From Planctomycetota bacterium (GTDB lineage: Bacteria > Planctomycetota > GCA-002687715 > DRQF01): a DNA stretch of 12,277 nucleotides. The notes under the pieces are model-generated. The model saw only the letters and a list, made by a program, of their open reading frames with translations, was not told the DNA's origin and made no database searches. The stretch spans positions 1 through 12,277 of the forward strand of contig JALTLO010000144.1 in the NCBI GenBank assembly GCA_027001995.1. Direction: 5' to 3'. The position numbers and the translations under genes were made by a program. Each line of letters starts with the position of its first letter. Within the stretch, counting starts at the first letter, position 1. This document shows positions 6,886 through 12,277 of this stretch, piece by piece.

Positions 6886-9491
6886 ACCGAAAAGACGGCA
6901 TTGCGGTGTTCATCCTCCTGACTGGCGCCGCCCTTCTCACTTTGCCTTTCCTAGCTGGTCCCTTCGCCCTATTTCCTTTTCATTCCCATTCACAATCTCC
7001 CTGGTCCGCAGACAAGAGCGCTGAATTCGCTGGCGAATCAGAAAACCAGAATGTCGGCGACAAACACCTCATTATTTTCCCTGACTTGGTGCATACCAGC
7101 CAACAGCTGAAGCAAGGGCGAATCCCCCTGTGGAATCCCCACAATTTCGCTGGCTTACCCCATCAAGCTGTTCCCCTGACTGCAACTCTCTATCCCTTCA
7201 CAGCCATCGCGTCGCTCATGAACCCCGTCGACGCCATCGCTTTGAACATGATCATCCACCTCTTTCTGGCCGCCTTGTTCTGCTATATCTTCTTGAGAGG
7301 GATTCGCGTCAGCCCAAAGTCAGCACTCTTAGGAGCAGTCTGTTGGGCGTTCTCGGGCTGGATGATGGTGCATGTGCATCATTCCTATTTTGTCCAAACC
7401 ATGGTCTGGCTCCCCCTGTCGCTATTTGCCGTTGACCGTATACTCCAGGCCCGGCCACGGTGGGCTCTCATGCTTTTGGCCATGAGCGTTGGCCTCATGC
7501 TCATGGCTGGTTTCCCTCAAACGGCCATTGTGAATCTTTACTTCATTGCCGCTTATGCCCTGGTCGGTTTAGTCCGTGTTGGCCGCCAGGAAGGGGCTGA
7601 AGTCGCGATTCGTCGAGGACGTTTCTTATTGTTCTTCGCTATCCTTGGTCTTTTGTTGGCCTCCATCCAACTGCTCCCGACGATCGACTTCAAACGCTCC
7701 GTCGGGCACCAAGACAGGAGCTACCAAAACCTCAAAGCTGATAGCCTCAGGACTTCAACCTTGGTCCATTTATTAGCGCCAGATTTCTTCGGCAATCCCA
7801 CTGAGCAAAGTCGTCCTCAAGAGAATTTCTTCACCCTTTGGTTGCTCTCCAGCGGGAGGCCAACTGGACATGTTGCCAACAATTATTCCGAGCGCAGTTT
7901 CTACGTCGGAATCTTGGCGCTCATCCTTGCTGTTCTCACACCGTTTTTTCGCCGCGATCGCCCAGCAATGACTCTGTATCTTGGAGCCATCGTTTCAGTA
8001 CTCCTGGCCTTAGGGACACCTCTTTTGTGGGTGGCGATGAAACTCCCGGCCATGGATTTCGGCAGCCCGATGCGTATCACACAGATCGCAGGTTTCGCCC
8101 TTCCATGTCTCTTCGCCATGACCCTAGACCGCATGTTAGCCTTAGGCCGCGATCGACTTCACAAGTTTTGGAAGTCTCTTACGGTGAGCATGGCGATCTT
8201 CTTGGCCCTCGTCGCCGGAATTCTCGTTGCTCTTTGGTTCGCTGAGGATTGGAGTTGCAACATTTTTGTGGCTCTCCTCAGGACCCTGGGGGCAGACCAC
8301 GTCTTAGGAACCGCCTCCCTGCCATTGCCGCAACAAACTGAGTTAGCACTGGAGCCATTGCGTGCGCTTCGCAGCACCTTGGGAATCGTACTCGGCTTCG
8401 CCTTGGCAGCTTGGCTCGTCTTAGTGGGAATCATCCACTCAAAGAAATCAGTTCGCGTTCTCTACGGCGCCGCTTTCATCGTAGTTGCCTTGGAACTCGG
8501 ATACTATGGCTATCGCTTCAACCGTCCGGTTCCATCCGCCCGCCTCTACGAACCAACCCCGGGAATCGATTTTCTGTCGAAACATTTGGATGGTGCTCGT
8601 TTCATCCGTTTCGGCAAAGACGCCACTTCAAATTTCTTCGTACCAAACACTGGCCTCATCTATGGGCTCAATGACGCCCAAGGATACCGGGCTATGACGC
8701 CACAAAGCTATTTGAATTTCATGCGGACTTTAGAGCCCAACCCCCATGACGTTGGGCTTTTCAATCTGGATGACAGAGCTTCCCTCCTAAGCCCCCAATT
8801 AGACCTCTTACGTACAAAATATGTTTGTTCACCAAAGGCCATAGAGGATTCTCCGCTCGAGCAAGTCTATCCCCCCGCCAACAGCTCGGGGGAGGTCGAC
8901 ATGTTTATCTACGAAAACAAAGATATCCTGCCCCGAGCCTTCATGGTGCACCATGTCAAAGTCATGCCAAACAGCGACGCCCAAGCCGCATTTGCCACCC
9001 TCAAAGACAAGTCAGAAACGGAGAATCCATTCGGAAAAACCGTCTGGTTGGAAGAGATGCGCTTAGGCATGCGCAGTCAATATCCTGAACCGAAAGGCGT
9101 GGAAGCTGCCATCGTTGCAGAAGACCGCCCAGGAAAATTGGCGTTCGATCTCAAAGTCGAGGCCGATGGCATTTTGGTGGTCACAGAACAATTCTCTCCA
9201 GGATGGCACGCCAAAATCACGAGTAAGGATGGTAAGACACGCAATGAAAAACTCATCCTGCGGGCTGATATGACCTTCATGGCGGTCCCCGTGTCGGCCG
9301 ATGACACTCATATTGAATTCGCCTTTCGACCTGAGTCATTCAAATGGGGCGGCCTGCTTTCGGGCCTCGCTCTCATTTTCCTCTTGTTGGTGCCCCTCAT
9401 TGGCCCCCTCTCGACGCCGGTTGTACGAATCACTCGAATCGAAGAAGATGGATCAGAATCTCGCACCGGAATTGAGAAGGAAGAGCCCTGA
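6882..9491 (+). CDS. YfhO-like polytopic membrane protein (predicted GT-C glycosyltransferase)
   Basis: 869 aa with more than 12 hydrophobic segments. First-loop D60 (GDKHLIIFP), GRIPLWNPHNFAGLP, LYPF, AGFPQ, QLLPT and FYVG, then a large soluble domain (DAQGY, LPRAF, FSPGW, RADMTFMAV) and a final TM helix. ATGA overlap with the methyltransferase; GGAGG lies upstream. Confidence 0.85.
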   Translation: MNRKDGIAVFILLTGAALLTLPFLAGPFALFPFHSHSQSPWSADKSAEFAGESENQNVGDKHLIIFPDLVHTSQQLKQGRIPLWNPHNFAGLPHQAVPLTATLYPFTAIASLMNPVDAIALNMIIHLFLAALFCYIFLRGIRVSPKSALLGAVCWAFSGWMMVHVHHSYFVQTMVWLPLSLFAVDRILQARPRWALMLLAMSVGLMLMAGFPQTAIVNLYFIAAYALVGLVRVGRQEGAEVAIRRGRFLLFFAILGLLLASIQLLPTIDFKRSVGHQDRSYQNLKADSLRTSTLVHLLAPDFFGNPTEQSRPQENFFTLWLLSSGRPTGHVANNYSERSFYVGILALILAVLTPFFRRDRPAMTLYLGAIVSVLLALGTPLLWVAMKLPAMDFGSPMRITQIAGFALPCLFAMTLDRMLALGRDRLHKFWKSLTVSMAIFLALVAGILVALWFAEDWSCNIFVALLRTLGADHVLGTASLPLPQQTELALEPLRALRSTLGIVLGFALAAWLVLVGIIHSKKSVRVLYGAAFIVVALELGYYGYRFNRPVPSARLYEPTPGIDFLSKHLDGARFIRFGKDATSNFFVPNTGLIYGLNDAQGYRAMTPQSYLNFMRTLEPNPHDVGLFNLDDRASLLSPQLDLLRTKYVCSPKAIEDSPLEQVYPPANSSGEVDMFIYENKDILPRAFMVHHVKVMPNSDAQAAFATLKDKSETENPFGKTVWLEEMRLGMRSQYPEPKGVEAAIVAEDRPGKLAFDLKVEADGILVVTEQFSPGWHAKITSKDGKTRNEKLILRADMTFMAVPVSADDTHIEFAFRPESFKWGGLLSGLALIFLLLVPLIGPLSTPVVRITRIEEDGSESRTGIEKEEP

Positions 9492-10228
9492 TGTTCGGCA
9501 GTCACCGTATCAGTGTGGTTATCCCCGCCTACAATGAAGAAGAGACGATCGCTCAGGTTGTCCAAGATTTCCTCGGCAACGAGTACGTCGACGAAGTTGT
9601 TGTCGTGGACAATAACTGCCGAGATGCCACTGCAGACTTGGCTCAGGGAGCAGGAGCACGGGTGATTTCCGAATCCAATCCGGGTTATGGCTGCGCCTTG
9701 CGGGCGGGCCTGGATGCTGCGGAGGGCGACATCTTAGTCTTAACGGAGGCTGACGGGTCTTTCATCGCATCCGACCTCATCAAAATCCTGGTCTACTGCG
9801 AAGACGCAGGCATGGTATTGGGAACGAGAACCACCAAGCAAATGGTGGAGCAAGGTGCCAACATGGGCACCATTTTGCGTTGGGGTAACGTTTTCGCCGC
9901 CAAGTTCCTCGAACTTTTGTGGTACATCCCCCATGAGCCCCGACTCACCGACGTGGGCTGCACTTACAGAGCCATTTGGAAGAAGAGTTACGACAAAATC
10001 AGAGCCGGGCTCACAGAAGCAGGGCCCGGATTTTCTCCAGAAATGATGTGTGAATGCCTGCGCTGCGATGTTCGCCTCATTGAAGTACCAGTGAGCTATC
10101 ATGCAAGAGAAGGCGGTGAAAGTGCCCATTCCGGGGGTATGTGGGCTGTTTTGCGAACAGCACGTAAGATGTTTGCCTGCATTTTCCGAAAACGCCTTTC
10201 GAAACGCCCACCCCAGCGCGATGATTGA
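9491..10228 (+). CDS. Dpm1/GtrB-like polyprenol-phosphate glycosyltransferase (GT2), without C-terminal TM helices
   Basis: VVIPAYNEE, VVVVDN, NPGYG, TEADGS (DxD position), VLGTR, TDVGCTYRA and EVPVSYHAREGGES. TGATG overlap with the YfhO-like gene. Confidence 0.88.
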   Translation: MFGSHRISVVIPAYNEEETIAQVVQDFLGNEYVDEVVVVDNNCRDATADLAQGAGARVISESNPGYGCALRAGLDAAEGDILVLTEADGSFIASDLIKILVYCEDAGMVLGTRTTKQMVEQGANMGTILRWGNVFAAKFLELLWYIPHEPRLTDVGCTYRAIWKKSYDKIRAGLTEAGPGFSPEMMCECLRCDVRLIEVPVSYHAREGGESAHSGGMWAVLRTARKMFACIFRKRLSKRPPQRDD

Positions 10229-10450
10229 GCAAATGCTGTCCTTGAGAGTCGCTAAACCACTCCCATCAATACACTTACAGCAAATACGGTTTAACATAGT
10301 TCATCTTGGGACATATTTTTGCGTCCAACTCCACTGAGATGCACCGCCAGTGAGACAATAATCATCTGGGAAAATCATAGCGATACAGGTAGTCTTGTTC
10401 CTCTCGTTGCCACGATTCGACGCCAATAATTTGTAGCTAAATGGATGTAG

Positions 10451-11881
10451 ATGAAACCGATGATCCACTGCCTCAAACTTCTTGCCTGCTTCGCCTTGTT
10501 GATCACAGCCACGGCAATCCCGGCAACCGCTCAAGCAGCCAAAGACGGTTACTCCGTCAACCTCTACTTGGCCGGCCTCCCTGCTAATCCCACCTCAATC
10601 ACCTTCGACAACTTAGGTCGCATGTACGTCCTCTGTATGCCTGGTCAAATCGTACGGGCTGAAGACACGGACAACGACGGCACTTGCGACGTTTCCGTTC
10701 CGGTCTTCAGCGGTGATCAGTTAGCAGACTTCGTCTTCCCGTTTACCGGCCTCACTTGGCACCAAGGCAACCTCTACCTCTCCAGCCGTGGCAAGATTTC
10801 AGAGCTACGGGACATGGACGGGGACGGCTTCTTTGAAAGCTACACCCATTTGATCCAAGGCTTTGCTACAACCAACCACCAAAACAACGCCATTGTTTTC
10901 GATGAAAACAATCAGCTCTATTTTTCCTATGGGTCCCTCACGGACCATGGTCCAGAACCAACACCCGAGTCCGCAACGATCCGCAGTTGTGACATCACTG
11001 GCAACAACCTGACCACCTATGCTACGGGACTGCGCAACGTATACGGCTTCGCCTACAAACAAGGATTCGGTTTCGCTTCCGTAGATAACGGGCCTAATTT
11101 CTTGTTGAGTAACTTGCACCCCGCAGACGAGCTCAACGTTGTAGAATTCGGCAAAGATTACGGCTACCCCTCGTTCTACGGTAACCCGCCAGCAAATAGC
11201 GGTACGGAAAAACCCGCCATTTTGTTTGCCCCCCACTCTGCCCCCTGCGCTATTGACTTCAACGGAGGCTTTAGCGGTTGGGACACGGATGTCTATGTGC
11301 CCCTTTTGGTGGCACCCCAAAGAACAATCGTTCGATGCACACTTCACAAGAATCCGAACACCGGGCAATATGAAGGATACCAGGACATCATCGCCTACGG
11401 TTTTGGTGCCCCCATCGACGTCAAATTCTCTCCCGTTGGCGATCTCATCGTCGCCGACCACACAGGTTTGGCGATTTATCGAGTTGCTGCTGACAGCGAA
11501 GCTCGGGTCAAGATCACCGGTACGCCACGATTGGGCCAAGCCATGGTTGTGGAACTGTCTGCTCCAAGTCATCCCAATGAGTTCTTTGGCTATTTCCTGT
11601 CGACCTCTGCGGCGCCGGTTTATCCCTTGGGTAACGGCAGAAATCTGAACTTGAATGTGAACACGCCTTTGTTCAATTACACCTCCTTGCCGGGTAACGT
11701 CATCAACTACTTCCCCTTCCCGGGACAGCTTGATGCAAACGGCTCTGCTTTTGGATTGGTGAACTTCCCAGCCTACCCCCCATTGGCTGGTCTTAAGACC
11801 TATATGGCCTGGGTGAGCTGGGACATCAATGGCACCATCGGTGTGACGTCGGAAGCATTCCCCTTCATCATACAGCCCTAG
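10451..11881 (+). CDS. Secreted beta-propeller protein (glucose/sorbosone dehydrogenase-like) with a C-terminal ~125-aa beta-rich domain
   Basis: Sec signal peptide (MKPMIHCLKLLACFALLITATAIPATA|QA). Family motifs HQNN, LYFSYGS, ATGLRN, DNG, DELN, GKDYGYP, HSAP and PIDV...GDLIVAD. Two DxDxDG loops. Enzymatic activity and cofactor are unverified. Confidence 0.8.
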   Translation: MKPMIHCLKLLACFALLITATAIPATAQAAKDGYSVNLYLAGLPANPTSITFDNLGRMYVLCMPGQIVRAEDTDNDGTCDVSVPVFSGDQLADFVFPFTGLTWHQGNLYLSSRGKISELRDMDGDGFFESYTHLIQGFATTNHQNNAIVFDENNQLYFSYGSLTDHGPEPTPESATIRSCDITGNNLTTYATGLRNVYGFAYKQGFGFASVDNGPNFLLSNLHPADELNVVEFGKDYGYPSFYGNPPANSGTEKPAILFAPHSAPCAIDFNGGFSGWDTDVYVPLLVAPQRTIVRCTLHKNPNTGQYEGYQDIIAYGFGAPIDVKFSPVGDLIVADHTGLAIYRVAADSEARVKITGTPRLGQAMVVELSAPSHPNEFFGYFLSTSAAPVYPLGNGRNLNLNVNTPLFNYTSLPGNVINYFPFPGQLDANGSAFGLVNFPAYPPLAGLKTYMAWVSWDINGTIGVTSEAFPFIIQP

Positions 11882-11935
11882 CCGAACAGTTCACGATCTC
11901 GCCTTTGAGAGGTCTCAAGTGACGAGCAGCAAAGC

Positions 11936-11973
11936 GAACGGGCTCGACTCCCCAAGGGTAGTCGAGCCCATTC
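11936..11973. other. Strong stem-loop downstream of the beta-propeller gene (possible terminator or ncRNA domain)
   Basis: GGGCTCGACT (11940-11949) and AGTCGAGCCC (11960-11969) form a perfect 10-bp stem, extendable to 14 bp with one G-U pair on the minus strand. There is no clean poly-U tail. Confidence 0.55.
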
Positions 11974-12009
11974 TCATGAATGCCGTCGCTTTGGCTAAAT
12001 CTTCTATCA

Positions 12010-12170
12010 GCCACTTCGAGTTCCCGTAGACAGGGAAGACAACCGGTTCTGGAGTTCAGCGTCTGTCTCAAGCGAGGCCGACGAAGAAAAAACATAAATG
12101 ACCGGCGGCGTGTCTGCAACTAACCAAGATCAGTCGCTGACTCATGTCCTCCGAGCCCACCCGAAGTGGC
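12010..12170 (-). ncRNA. Candidate structured RNA: ~160-nt irregular rod-like hairpin, family not recognised
   Basis: Nested colinear pairings: 12159-12170/12010-12021, 12145-12152/12034-12041, 12135-12143/12052-12061, 12131-12133/12063-12065, 12124-12129/12066-12071 and 12102-12106/12077-12081. Non-Watson-Crick positions within these stems are G-U on the minus strand. Confidence 0.35.
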
Positions 12171-12277
12171 CGCGAAGTTCACATTTCCACGCCCGGAGAC
12201 AATTTCAGGGTCCCAACCCCGAACTCTCCGACCCATGTCCTTCTTCTCCTGGAGAGATCTTCGGTACTTTCTTCATC

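Noticed and set aside
9740..11572. Long antisense ORFs 9740-10297 (185 aa) and 10805-11572 (255 aa)
   Set aside because: They lie opposite well-supported genes, show no motifs, and are explained by sense-strand codon bias.
11940..11952. GGGCTCGACTCCC as a tRNA/tmRNA T-arm
   Set aside because: It has CTCGA rather than TTCGA, and there is no acceptor stem, cloverleaf or CCA end. The bases are better explained by the 10-bp hairpin.
12009..12040. GCCACT...GGGAAG as part of a cobalamin riboswitch
   Set aside because: The upstream GGGAA/GGTG-RAA-TCC/GCAACTGT core and the downstream B12 box are absent.
11868..12236. Minus-strand ORF 11868-12119 and the in-frame 38-codon ORF from ATG 12236 as a gene or a REP-associated transposase remnant
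   Set aside because: They are split by TAG at 12122-12120, show no HUH or catalytic Tyr motif, and the resemblance is limited to a few basic residues.
12144..12277. Gene start or end at the right edge (plus-strand ATG 12144 or 12235, or a minus-strand C-terminus)
   Set aside because: Several frames are open for a short distance and none has a recognisable motif. This cannot be decided without flanking sequence.

Overview
Bacterial cell-surface glycan locus of roughly 50% GC by eye. The host is possibly Planctomycetota, inferred only from the C-terminal domain of the last protein. Two operons diverge from a ~480-bp intergenic region. Leftward (minus strand): wzm (ABC-2 permease), wzt (ATPase with a C-terminal carbohydrate-binding module) and a GT2 glycosyltransferase, which ends overlapping the stop of a convergent MMPL/RND transporter truncated by the window edge. 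Rightward (plus strand), with tightly coupled starts and stops: a flavoprotein of the UDP-galactopyranose-mutase-like/HemY-like group, a Zn-ribbon class I SAM methyltransferase, a YfhO-like GT-C membrane protein and a Dpm1-like polyprenol-phosphate GT2. A separate secreted beta-propeller of the glucose/sorbosone dehydrogenase-like type follows. Most notable points: (i) the conserved Wzt N-terminus has no ATG/GTG/TTG and appears to start at an ATT codon with a Shine-Dalgarno, in frame with the wzm amber stop; (ii) the genes look like a combined ABC-export plus lipid-linked-sugar (GT-C) glycan-modification system with no GtrA flippase in view; (iii) the last ~300 bp fold into long stems whose mismatches are mostly G-U pairs on the minus strand, suggesting an unannotated structured RNA. 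No CRISPR array, tRNA, rRNA or transposase was recognised.
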